Below are positions 14,216-27,600 of a DNA stretch of 64,000 bases, one piece after another. The DNA comes from Mytilus edulis (taxonomy: Eukaryota). The stretch is taken from the NCBI RefSeq assembly GCF_963676685.1, contig NC_092356.1:20894001-20958000 (forward strand). Direction: 5' to 3'. The notes beneath the pieces are model-generated. The model was given only the letters and a program-made list of their open reading frames with translations. It made no database searches and had not been told where the DNA came from. A program made the position numbers and the translations under genes. How positions within the stretch are numbered: the first letter of the stretch is position 1; every line of letters begins with the position of its first letter.

Positions 14216-16269
14216 ACAGACAGCAACATTTAAATTGGTGTATTCGTTCTCATCACTCTTAATCTAGGATTTTATCATACATTTTATATTTTATTTAGGT
14301 ATTAATTGATTTCAAAAGTTCAATAGAGGTTTTTTTATAAAGCAATACAAAGACGAATATTTATAGATGTATAATAAATTGGAAGAGTCACGAGGATATT
14401 ATTCTTACAAAAATAAACTTCAGATTGTATTTCACAAGCATTGATTAAAAATCAGTTACACGTATTGGGGACAGGTGAGATACTAGGGGACATGAAAACT
14501 CATAAGTCGAAAATAAAGTGACAACGCCATGGATGATAAATACAAATCTAACAAGACTGAGCAACACGAACCAAGCAAAAACTTAGGTGTGATCTCTGTA
14601 GCTCATATGGCACCCAAAAGTTTGCTCATGTTAGTACAAACCCGGTAAAAAATCTATTTTATAACAATACTCGAAATTCAAGTATTATAGATATGGCCCA
14701 ACAAAAATCACTTGATAAAATGCTATTAACTTAAGACAGGCACATAAATAACACAACACCACAAGAACAAACTGTAAAAATCAGTTACAAAAAGTCTTAA
14801 CTCAATGTCTCAGTACAAAGCTCTACCACGATAAACAAAAAAATATGTCAAATAAAGCACCCCAAAACAAGTACTCGCGCTTATTGAATGCTACTCTCGA
14901 GAAAGATATACACCAAAAAAAACATAAACAAATCAAATTAAGTAAACAAATAAAGAAATATAACAAAACGAAATGACACAAAAGCATCAAATACATGTTT
15001 TTGGAAGACAAAACCACATATGGGACCGGATCTAAACAAGAAATTATTTGGATTGCATAAGCTAAGTTTTTTTCAACTTTCATTCTCATTCGGTACATGT
15101 ATAAAAGACAAATGCAGGTTCATTAAGGACTTAACAATCCCCTATGACTATCTATACCAGGAAACCAACGAAGAATGGTGGACATATAAATAATATTTAT
15201 TTAACTCCGGGGTGCCATTTTTTTTAAGTTATGTTTCAATTTATATTGTTTGATGTTTATGTTGGTGGGGAATAAAATTACATAATTGTTTATATATAAC
15301 TATCGAAATGTTCATAGAAACAAAGGTACATTAAATCTAATGAATTCTTTCTGATTACAATGGTAAATATTTGGTTGAATTGTCTGGTAGTTCAAATTTG
15401 AGATGAGAACGAGAGGTTTGAAGGTAAGAGTTACGCACAATTTTGGTTTGGTTTGAATAAATAAATATAGACTTTAGACAATTTAGTTTTTAAAATATCT
15501 TTGAACAATTTATATATCGGAATGCCGGATTTCCTTTATTTTCTTTTTTTTGTCAATGGTGGTTGCTGTCTCATTGACATATAAACCGCACCTATTTTAC
15601 CCTGGTATCAAACAGTTAAACTGCACTGTACTGAAAGTAGTTGTATGCAATAGAACCAAATACTATATATTTGATAAAAGATCAATAGTCGAATTGATTT
15701 TGCACAGCACGGTTTCAATAGATGTATCATAAATACACACACTTCGAAGAAATATATCCCAGCTTCTTTTCAGTTCTGAATTTTCAATCTGAATGAATTA
15801 TAAATTCTAGTTTAGAAAAGTTTACATCTAAATTACCGTTTAAGAACAATACATACAGAAGTATTTACTTTCTCGGAAGAGTCTTACAAAATGTAGCACT
15901 AATTTTCATATCCAGAAACGAAGAATGGAGTAATCCTCAAATTATCGTAAATGTAAAGCTCATAGACATTTATGGTGGAAATAACCGCTATTAATATTTC
16001 TAAAAAAAAATTCATGTTCTCTATCTAATGATTCATTTACATTCACTGTGTTCAATGTTCGGACATTCGATGACCGATAAGAGCACGTACGAGTGGTCAG
16101 GATATCGAATGTTGTTATTGTACAATTTAACAAAATTCGAACAAAGACAGTCATCCTTACCGAATGTCATTGTATACATGGTTCGTTGTGGTAGTTATCT
16201 ACAAATGCCGTTATTCCATCGGTCATTGTTTATCTACATGTCTATGTTGATAAGGTACACAACTAAATG

Positions 16270-16277
16270 TATATAAA
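16270..16277 (+). promoter_or_regulatory. Candidate TATA box of gene C
   Basis: TATATAAA 44 nt upstream of the gene C ATG (16314). Confidence 0.45.
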
Positions 16278-16313
16278 GTGAATGTGCATGTGAAAAATTA
16301 GAATAACTCAAAC

Positions 16314-19300
16314 ATGGAAACAGTACTTTTATTCTTAAGCTTTTTAGTCGTACTTTTAGAGGCAAATGTCATCTTTAACAAAGGTAAGCCAGTATGTTGT
16401 ACAGAATAAATTGATTGAATGATTGATTGGTGTTTAAAGCACGTTTCAGCATTATTGTGCTTTTTCGTGGCCGTCAGTTTTTTTTTTTTATTGGAGGAAT
16501 ATACGATGTGGGTCATATAAAATTATAATGGTACTGAATGACAATATGGAAAGACTTCTATTGGTCAACAAAGTGAACATTGTATTTGTTCCTTTTAATC
16601 AGTATGCATGTTTTGGATTGTCTTGAGTTCTTGTAATAAAGTTCTATGGAAGTGTAACCCTATTTTTTAAATATAAAAAGTCTGCTACAATATTTATTCT
16701 CACCAACTGCTTGTATATTTATGGCTAAGGATATTGAAGAACTTGTATGAATTTGTCCATCATGCATATGATTGTTTATTTATTCATGTTTACTCATTAC
16801 AGATGATTTAACACGATGTCCTCCAATTCTACCTAGGAACTCAAACTTATTTGCCTACATAGACACGTGTTTTGAAATAGTTCACGACGAACATTCCTGG
16901 AATGATGCGAGAGGACACTGTCAACAACATGGTGGAGATTTGGTTGTCATCAAAGACCTTACAAAGCAACAGTTTGTAATGAATGCTTTAAAATACCTTC
17001 GTTGGGATAAAAAGGGAGTTTGGATCGGCGGAACAGACGGAGACCATGAAGGCGAATGGAAATGGGTCACAGGTAAATACCAAGCGTCATTTATTGGGAC
17101 ATGTTTTACTAAAGCACACATATTCCTCTTTACCGACTACACGGTCATAAACACTGTTAGTTGTATTTCTTTTTTTATAATAAGTTACTAGTAATCAACT
17201 CTTAATTGTTGTTAATTAGTAAATACTCAAAAAGCATAAGTGGTAAAAGACATATCTGTTAAACATTAAACTAATTTTAAAAGATATATATAATTGAGAA
17301 TGAAAAAGGGGAATGTCAAAGAGACAACAACCCGCCCAAAGCGCAGATAACAACCGAAGGGAAGAGATACGTTTGCGCCAATAATGCGTCCTTTTGCGCC
17401 ACAACTTTTTTCTCTAATGGTACGTTTGCGTCACATATTTTAAAATTGCATGGTATCGTTTGCGCTAAAAATAAAACATACGATTGCGCCAATTAGAAGT
17501 AAAATTACTTCCCTACTACTTTATTTTGACTTGGAACCGGCAGGTTACACGGCAAATGTTTCCTTTTCTGAAATATATCTTCTTAGCTGCTGCATGGGTA
17601 CTGTCCAATTTAATGTATATAGTAGCTTGTATAACTTCACTTTATTGTCCAAAAACACAAATATTAGAGGTTGAAATGCACAAAACAGTTCATAATAATA
17701 CCTAATAATAATAAAGCCCATACGCATGGTGGGAACACAGCACTGTGTCATTAACATATGTAGCTAAAATATAATCAGCAAAACCTAAACTTCTATTTTC
17801 TTCTATTTTGGCATATCTTTATTAAATATTCAGCAAAGCAATAAGTTCTATTCTCTCTCTGCACATTGACTGTCTAATGCGTCTTAAGTAATTTCTCTCC
17901 AGATGATCATCTTCATGGTGAAATTTCTCCGAACATGTGATACTTTTAAAGTAAAACAAAATTTGGCGCAAATAATACCCATGAAAAACAGTAATTGGCG
18001 AAAAAGGACTGCTGCCAACCGATGGCCACCAATATGGGTCTTCAATAATATTTATAGAAAATCTTGAAAGAGAATTGTTAAATTTGAAAATATAGGACAC
18101 GAAAAATAGAATTTCTATCTAGACTTTTTTTTAATATGTCTCATGTTTCTAAATTGAAATAAAGAAATCTTCTTTTTTAATCAGGAGAAAAGATGACTTG
18201 GGGTTACTGGCAACATGGTCAAGGAGTGACTCAAACTGGGTTCCTATTTGCAAAGGGGACTTTTGAAGATTGTGCTCAGATCCGTGTAGATGATTCCTAC
18301 AAATGGCATGATTTTCCATGCAGAGGTGGACCTGCTTATCACTATTCCAGTATTTGTGAATATAGTGAGTAGTAATAGTAATATTAAGCAGATTTTAAAA
18401 GGATAAATACATACATGTTCATGTATATACAAGTGTTGGTACATGTACACTGAAGCAATCTTTGGACAACTGTGTTTTGACACGTCATAAAGTCGTTAAT
18501 ACATGTACCTGTGAATATAGAAGTCAACGAATAAAATTGAGAATGGAAATGGGGAATGTGTCAAAGAGACAACAACCCGACCAAATAAAAAACAACAGCA
18601 GAGGGTCACCAACAGGTCTTCAATATAGCGAGAAATACCCGCACCCGGAGGCGTCCTTCAGCTGGCCCCTAAACAAATATATACTAGTCCAGTGAATTTA
18701 CTAAATTTTATCATCGGTATAAAGACATCATTCGTAAATATAGCTCAACATGCAGACTTCTAATACTTTCAGGTATTTCACATCCAATTTTTTATGGAAA
18801 TATTCTTTATAAAGCACAAAGGTGTCAGTATTCACCTCAGAAACTTACAAAACCTTTGAATAGACTTATTAAGAAGGGATATAATTACGATACTGTTGTC
18901 AAATCATTAAAGATTGCATATTTTGGCGTTAATATTGAGTCACTGATAAGGTCTTTGCATCGGAACTAAACACATTTATTCTAAAAACAGTTGTTGGCAT
19001 GACACGGGTTATGTTCTTCTCATATATGTTATGATGGTATGATACTAAACCCCTAACGGGAAGGATTGTGCCTGATGTTCATATGATGAAATCATAATCT
19101 TTCAGTCAGTTTAATTGAAGTCTGGAGCTGGCATGTCAGTTAACTGCTAGTAGTCTGTTGTTATTCATGTATTATTGTCATTTTGTTTATTTTCTTTGGT
19201 TACATATTCTGACATCAGACTCGGACTTCTCTTGAACTGAATTTTAATGTACGTATTGTTATGCGTTTACTTTTCTACATTGGTTAGAGGTATAGGGGGA

Positions 19301-20113
19301 GGGTTGAGATCTCACAAACATGTTTAACCCCGCCGCATTTTTGCGCCTGTCCCAAGTCAGGAGCCTCTGGCCTTTGTTAGTCTTGTATTATTATAATTTT
19401 AGTTTCTTGTGTACAATTTGGAAATTAGTATGGCGTTCATTATCACTGGACTAGTATATATTTGTTTAGGGGCCAGCTGAAGGACGCCTCCGGGTGCGGG
19501 AATTTCTCGCTACATTGAAGACCTGTTGGTGACCCTCTGCTGTTGTTTTTTTATTTGGTCGGGTTGTTGTCTCTTTGACACATTCCCCATTTCCATTCTC
19601 AATTTTATATATATGGAAGAGAGAAACGAATACAATATATGCAATATTGTTTGCATCATATTTTTCACACCATAAAATATCATTTATGTAAAGACAAGAT
19701 AAAATTGTTTCAGAACTGTGTTTGTATACAGCTTTTGTAAGGTGCAAATATAATTGTGTAAATCATCATATTTTTTAGAAATGCCTAAAATGTTGACATC
19801 TTCTACAACCTTTACGAACGTTGAAACACCTGTACCAACAACTAAGCATAATACTGAAACACCAGCTGCAACCACTTTAGCAAAGATTGAAACACCAGCA
19901 CCGACAGTTTTGCCAAATGTTGAAACACCAGCGCCAACAGTTTTGCCAAACGTTGAAACGCCAGCACCGACAGTTTTGCCAAACGTTGAAACACCGGCCC
20001 CTACTTTACCAAATGTTGAAACACCGGCGCCTAATAAAGACACATCCACCAGAATGTATTCAAACACTCAAGGTGTTGGTATAGTAAACAAGGAAACCGT
20101 CGTTATTGGCTGA
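16314..20113 (+). CDS. C-type lectin gene C: secreted CTLD + ETPAP mucin tail (~284 aa)
   Basis: Exons 16314-16383 (METVLLFLSFLVVLLEANVIFNK), 16803-17072, 18185-18364 (GEKMTWGYWQHGQGVTQTGFLFAKGTFEDC...WHDFPC...ICEY), 19779-20113 (ETPAP repeats, ends VVIG*). Phase-1 GT-AG introns; AATAAA at 20242-20247. Confidence 0.88.
17361..18016. mobile_element. Putative Mutator-like non-autonomous element nested in a short repeat
   Basis: Interrupts a common repeat and is flanked by a 9-bp near-duplication aaccgaagg/aaccgatgg; subterminal tttgcgcc repeats at the left end and ggcgcaaa/ggcgaaa at the right end; TIRs weak. Confidence 0.5.
18531..19608 (+). mobile_element. 5'-truncated Penelope-like retroelement with inverted pLTR copy
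   Basis: 18531-18695 is the reverse complement of 19443-19608. Between them is an open 90-codon frame 18697-18969 (FTKFYHRYKDIIRKY...GISHPIFYGNILYK...KKGYNYD) resembling the C-terminus of Penelope-like (Naiad-type) RT ORFs. Confidence 0.7.
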
Positions 20114-20560
20114 GGAAAAGGATATGATTTTTGGAATTTAAATTCCAATTACTGTTTGAATTACCTGTGCATAATATATATAAAGTGAATCATAGTAACG
20201 CCTGTCCTATATGGGTATTTTTTATTTTGTTTTTATTTGTAAATAAAAGTTTGTTTTGTTTATCAATGTTATCATTTTGCCTCACAAATGTCTAATAGGT
20301 CAAAGTACGGTCTTCAACACGGAGCCTTAGCTCACACCGAACAGCACTTGCGATGGACTACACTGTGTAAGTTTAAGCAATTTTTGTTTGAATTAGAGGC
20401 GTGGCTTCATAGCCTCGTCTTGAGATGTATCATTTTAGGCACATTTGTTCTATGGGTTGATATGAATCAAAAAGTGTACGTAAGGTGATAATTCGTCTAA
20501 TAACCAAAAGTAATGTTAATACAAAAGGACGTGTGTATGTCGATCAACACAGAGACACAT

Positions 20561-20998
20561 GGTCCGAGTACACAGTTATCGTTGTCCACGAATATAGTCC
20601 CTAGTGTGGACAGTGTGTTACTTGCCAATTTTTGTTATACCCCTTCCAAATTTATTTCTCCATGTTTTATGCCTCATATAGCAAGTTGAGGGGCGAAATG
20701 ACACTGTAAAAAAATTTGGGTCATAAATATTAATGTAAAGTAGTGATTAGGTCCAGCTGATAAAGGTAAAAAAATTAGCACTTCGGAAGCTGTCAAAAGA
20801 TTTCAAGACCCCCTAAACATAAAATTGTCCATATTTTGAGTTAGAGCTGATGAAGTTTTCTATGATTTTGATATAATTTGTCCTAAAAGTAGTACAACAC
20901 ACTGTAAAAATATTATTGAGAAAGCGCAGGTGGGATTTTTTAAATTTTCATTTATTGTCTAAAAGAAATGCACTACGAAATAACTGTGTACTCGGACA
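20561..20998. mobile_element. MITE with 18-bp TIR
   Basis: gtccgagtacacagttat (20562) / ataactgtgtactcggac (20980). Confidence 0.75.
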
Positions 20999-23614
20999 AC
21001 ATGCAGCTGTCTATAGCATGTATAAGGAAATAGTCTAGACATTTCAACATCATTATCAGATGACAAACGCAAGATGTAGAGCTTAAGGTTACAATAAACC
21101 ATTAGATTTTATTGACGCAGCCATTTTTACATGAAGGTAACATGTAACATAGTATTTAGAATTAAGAGTATGGCTGATCCTGATTTGTTGATATGTGCGC
21201 CCGTTATTTTTCATCCTGAGAGACTAGCTCTGCATTATACCAAAGGCAAAATGCAAAATAAATCATTTTCCTTAGCCTTAACGAAACACAGATGTCGTTT
21301 CAACTCTAGGATAAGACACGTGTTTTTACGCCCAACATTGATAGGCATGGAAGAAAAGTACAGTACATATTACGTTAAGAAAAGCCACAGGAACCTATAT
21401 TTGTTTAACCACAAAATACTACTAGAGTGTCCGAAAAAATTTACTTAACTCTAGCAAGGTTTTGTTAAAATCAATCTTCTAAAGTCTGCATCTCGAAAAA
21501 GACTATCTAAAAATAAGATCATCGTAAGTATCAGTGGAACAGAGAACACCCCAAGAAGGGCTTGACGTCAAAATATTTGCCTTTTAAAAATGAATACAAC
21601 ATTATTTAAAACATGTATAATAGGGCCAGTACTCGCATAACATGGGTCAACAGTTTAGAAAAGGGAAGTAACAAACACAATATATTCGAACTTAACATTC
21701 TACACATGTTTACAACTGATTTAATGGAAAACAATAAACGAATTGCATCTAGAGGAAAACAAAAAACCTAACAGTAAGGAACACTTATGTTGCATATATT
21801 TTGCAAGATATAATAAAACAGTATAGCGTTTACTTAATCACTAAATATCAATTGATAGAGAACACAGATTATAAGAACAATAAATTAATGCACTTTATTT
21901 CATTTTTATATATTTCTTATTTATCATGTTAATCTTGTAACGTGAACAACATTGCACTTTTATCAAGATGACATTGACATTACTTTCATCGCTTTTATTT
22001 CATTTCGAGCATGTGTGTCACGTACTATTTATGTAGAATAGTTGCATAACAAGTCTTATCTTTCAGTGGTCGATTAAAACACAAATCTCTCATATATTGC
22101 CCGAGAACACAGTTTCTTCGTAGTGCAATCCTTCAATAAATTCGAATTAAAAAATCGCAAATGCTCTGTCTCAAAAAGATTTTTACAGTGGGAAAGAGTA
22201 TGAAAAACATTGGCAACTTATACATGTACATTGTTTACACTCAAAGGGATGGGGTTAAATGATTAAAGAATAATGCCCTTAAAAATGAAGATTAGAGAAT
22301 AACGGGCAAAAAAATGAAGATTAGAGAAATGCGTGGTCTAATATTTTGAAGATTAGAGAAAAAAGGTGTTAATTTTTTGAAGATTAGAGAAAAAAGGGGT
22401 GAACATTAAATGTTTACAGAATAACAGAACCCCCCCCCCCCCCCCCCCCATTCCAGACCCTCTTTTAAGGTCTATTGATTGTTTGGTACACATTAGATTT
22501 TTTAACATGTAATCACGGAGCTCTATAGAGTTTTTCCATCCATACCAAAAACTGGGGTGGTTTCAAGTGCTCCGGAAGGATAAGCAGAGCCTGCGACACA
22601 TGTAGCACCAGTCGTGTTGCTCATGTTATTACAAAGCCGGTAAATCGGTAGGTCACATTTGTGAAAAGGGAACGGGATTGAAGTTACGACATGAGGAACA
22701 TATCCGATATAAAGATTCATTCAAAGTTACCACCATACTTTGAATTTTGCAACGTTTTCTTTAAAGTGAAGCTGAATGATAAAGCAGGCTCCGATTCATA
22801 TTTTCTGATAGGCAATTAGACATAGTGCGTTTCATATCAATGAATCTTAAAGTAACGTTACCATAGATAAAAAAAAAATCATTAGGAGAGTCAACTATCT
22901 ATAATTGAAAACAAGTCAATCAAACCAAACGCACACATTAGTACATTTACTAGTATGTCACTTAAACGATCGGGTATCTTTATTAATATATAAAAATATT
23001 AAGATGTGGTATTATTGCCAATCACCAACTGAATTAGAAGTTAACAACGATAGGTTACCCCTACGGCCTTCCACAATGAGCAAAACCAACACCGCTTAGT
23101 AAGTTATTAAAAGCCTTAAAATGACAAATGTAAATCAAAGTACTGAAGTACTGAAGTACTAAACATCGGATTACTGCAAGTTCTTGTGGATGGTCACATG
23201 CACTTGTCTCAGAAAATATCACACCTCTGTACCGGAAAGTAAGTTTAATGTACCTATGTCAAAGGAAAAGTCTGAGAGAAGTTCGTGCGAGGATGATAAA
23301 TAAATAACAGGGAATTCAACCTTATCGTAATAACTATTATATTGATACAAATCAGTATCCTCTGGTTTATTGTTATACATGTATATTATAATAATATTTG
23401 TATATTACAGTTACATGTATAATATATAATTTTCCTCCATTTTTATATCATTATGCTCTACTATATTAATAATAGTGCAGTGCATGTGCATGGTAGACAC
23501 TCTTCTGTAATACTTCGATTTTTCTAATAGAATTATTAGATTAAAATATTCTCCCGCATGCGTAAACACACTTTTTCTTTACGTGTGCATACATATTAAA
23601 GGTTTTTGACTTAA

Positions 23615-23886
23615 GGTGGTACCCAACACTTTAACTAAAATTAATTTGGCTCGTTTAATTTTCTTAAAATTTTGACAAAGTATTTACTGTAACCCTTTTA
23701 CAAAAATGTAAAAATTCAAAAAAATTAAACCAACCGTTTTATCAGAAAAGTTATACTGGTTATATAGCAGTTTGACAAACACTTATTTTGATTATTGAGA
23801 AGCTTGATATTCCCTTAACAACACAACGTAATTAAAACGTTAAGCTGATTTTACAGAGTTATCTCCCTGTAGTGTTAGGTACCACC
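23615..23886. mobile_element. 272-bp MITE, TTAA TSD (Kolobok-like)
   Basis: TTAA|GGTGGTACCCAACACT ... AGTGTTAGGTACCACC|TTAA. Confidence 0.85.
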
Positions 23887-24671
23887 TTAATATAGTATAT
23901 ATAATTCAAACGACAAAACATTTTCATATCATTAATTTATGTTCTAGAAAATATATTTTTAGGAGTATCTATTGAAAACTGAATTTATAACAAGCGATAA
24001 GGAATGTTATTTTGTTCGATAATGTCCGTGCATTTATCATGTTTATAGATCGGTTACAAAGTTATTAAAATCTAAGCAATAGCAATACACCGGAATGCCC
24101 TCATGGTCATCCGATGTAAAAATTCAAACGAGAAAACAAACGGCCTGATTTATCATGTACAAAATAATGAACGAAAAATAAATCAGATACATTGTATATA
24201 GCAAGAAATAACAACGACAGGCTAAATATTTGTTCGAAAGTACTTTAAATGATACAAGAAACTTGAATGTTTTTAGGGGGTATGTGAAACAAACTTTTAC
24301 CATTTCTGGTATCAAAAAGTTAATGCCGTAAAAATACTTTGGAGATTTTATTTGGTAGATTTATAATTCTGTAATATATTCAAATTCAAATGCCATTAGA
24401 TTTTTTATGCCACATTATATATCCTCATAAATTGTTAGATATGTAAATAGATTCATAGCTTGTGAAGAACAAAATGGTTAGAATGTATTCGACAATTATA
24501 ACAATTATTCATTTTTTTAATATTTTGACTGCTATGACGATATCATTGCGCTATTCAATTTTGACACATAATCAACATACGTAATATAGTCAATGGCTAT
24601 GGCATTATCATTTCAATTGTTTTGTTCGTAATAATCAATAATTAAAGATAACTGGTAGATAAAAAGAGTTT

Positions 24672-27600
24672 TCATCGGCGCCTCCTGCGACCAATTATAG
24701 CCGTTGGTGGAGGAAGGGTGGCGGCAGGAGTTTCTTTGTTTGGTTGAGCTGTTGTCGGCGCAGGCGTTTCAATATTAGGTAAATGTGTTGTTGGTGCTGG
24801 GGTTTCCACATTAGCCATGGTAGTCGTTGGTGCTGGCGTTTCAGCTTTTGGCATTGTTGTTGGCGCCGGGGTTTCCACATTAGCCATTGTAGTCGTTGGT
24901 GCTGGCGTTTCAGCTTTTGGCATTGTTGTAGGCGCTGGAGTTTCAACATTTGCCATGGTAGTTGTTGGTGCTGGCGTTTCAGCTTTTGGCATTGTTGTTG
25001 GTGCTGGGGTTTCAACATTAGCCATGGTTGTCGTTGGCACTGTTTTAAAAGACGACATCGTCTTCATTGTTGATGATGACATGGTGATCATAGGCTCCAG
25101 TGTTGTAGCCATTTTAATTTTTGCTACAAAAGAAAAAAATAACAATTCGCCTGTTAGATCTAATGTTTTAAACATTCAATTTGATGGTGATAATATTACA
25201 TGGCAAAAAAAAAGGCTGTTTTAAGTATTTTTAGTAATTTCAATACCTGTTGATATGCGATTCTTAATCACAAAGTACTACTGCAGCACTATGCAGAATA
25301 CACATACTGTGTGTTATAAAGCACTCGCTTTTATTGTAATCATTTTTATACATAGTGTCTATGTTGTCAATTCTATCTATAATGAAAACATATCTTAATA
25401 CTTATGTGCTATAAGTATTATTAATATCACATCTAGTGTATGCGGCATAAGTATTACACATCGTACATGTTTACTGTAATAACTGTAACACATAAATAGT
25501 GCCATTACTGAAAATCCTAAACATTAAGGTCCAAATTAAACTATTTATTTTTTACCGTTTATTTTTTTTTTTTTTTGCTTCCAAGCTATAACACATAAAT
25601 ATTGGTTAAAACGGGGGAAAAACAAGCAGATCCAACTGAAGCTTAATTTGTTTTAGATCAAACATTTTGATATCCGGATACTTCGTCCTCGGTTAGTATA
25701 ATCTGAACAGGTCAACATATAACGTATTGATCTTGTCAAAATTTCATAATTGATAAATGTATGTGTATTGCTCTATGTTGAAGGTCATACTGTGCATGCC
25801 CCAACTAGACATACAGAGATAGTGCATGGTTAACCATCGACAAGAAACAAATTACTTCGGTGTAATCAACTATTATATGCAAATTTACAACAGTCAACAA
25901 TAAGCATTTCATTAATTAAAAAATCAGTACTACTACCAAATTTTCATATGCAGATGTCAGTAATTCAAGAACCAAACCTTTGCTTAAGTTTGTTAATACA
26001 TTTAATTTTCAATATGTATATATCGATGTATAGTCTTTATTTTTTTAAATGAACACACGACTAATTTGAATTAAAAGCTGGCTTCGCTTACAATGAATTT
26101 GGAATGTTCTCTTCTGTTTTCAATACCGTTTTGGGGTCCTCATGTTTTGACGTTATGGTATACAACTTCACTCTTTAAAAAGTATATTCATTTGTTCACC
26201 AAGTTAATAGAATTGTGAACTTTTCATTTCTATATAGCAACATTCCAGCAGCGCCTGAATACGGAGTATGTATCTCCCAAATGATACGATATTCCCGCGC
26301 TTGTATTTCTTATCATGATTTCCTTGATAGAGGATTGCTACAAGAGTTCCAAATGGTGAATTTTAAATCATCAAGAAAAATTAAAAGGAGGGCTAACGCA
26401 TTTTTTTTTTTTTATCAGAGTGAATATACTATATTTATATCTTACGGAATTCACAGGCATACGAATATGTATAGCCAAAAGCTCCAAATATTGGTTGACA
26501 TGGATAATCGTGCCAGTGACCGCCATCATCCCGTCTGATCAGTGCGCAATCTTCATTGCCGCCATTTGCAAACAGAAATCCTGAGTTGTGATTATTTCCT
26601 TGTCCATCTGCGAATCGGCTATAAGAAATCTTGCTTCCTACATAAATAAAAAAGATGATGTATGTTGATTTAATAAATTGACATACTAAGATAAATGAAG
26701 AGTTTAAAACTAAGGATTTTCTTATCCCAGGAATAGATTACTTTAGCCGTATTTGGCACAACTTTTTTGGAATTTTGGACCCCAATGCTCTTCAACTTCG
26801 TACTTATTTGGCTTTATAAATATTTTGATATGAGCGTCACTGATGAGTCTTATCATATGTAGACGAAACGCGCGTCTGACGTACTAAATTATAATCCTGG
26901 TATCTTGGATAACTATTTGCTTGGTTTTTTTTTGTTTTTTTTCTTTGTTGATATTAGCTGTCTCATTTTGATATACATTATAATAAAGTTAACGGAATAT
27001 TATCTCCAATTTAAAGATAATTCAGGATATTAGGCACTTTTTATGTTTGAGTTTTTGGCAGTACAAGTTTCAATCGGTACGAATTTGCAGAGGTACGAGT
27101 TGACACGGTACGAGTTATCTTGCCATTGACATTCCTGAGTGGTGTGTCACGAATTATATAACACCATTTTGTATCATTTCCCTGTTAATATTTTAGACGC
27201 AAGTTTAGTTTATATGTACCTTGTTTTTACAGATAATGTTTACAGTCACGGTGTTGTAATAACTTGATCGGGAATGCGAAATGCATATATGAATATTTGA
27301 ATGGAGTTTTCAGAATATATAGTAATACACTTACAACAAAATGTCAACAAAATGAAGAAAAGATAAAAATAACCCTAAATAATGAAGCAAAGGGGACAAG
27401 GGTGAGTAAGTACAAAGAATAAGAGAATAATGGACAACTTAAATAAGAAAATAAGAAAAATGGCATAAATTTGTTTTTAAAATCCCACTGAAATGAAAGT
27501 TCTCCGATCCAGATCCTGATATATATTCAAGAAATACCATGAGAATAAAAAAAAAAAAAAAGATTTTGAATACCAAATTACTATCAAGAATTAGATTAAC

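Noticed and set aside
19465-19545. HDV-like ribozyme in the Penelope terminal repeat
   Set aside because: P2- and P3-like pairings are visible, but I could not place P1 or the catalytic C in the required order.
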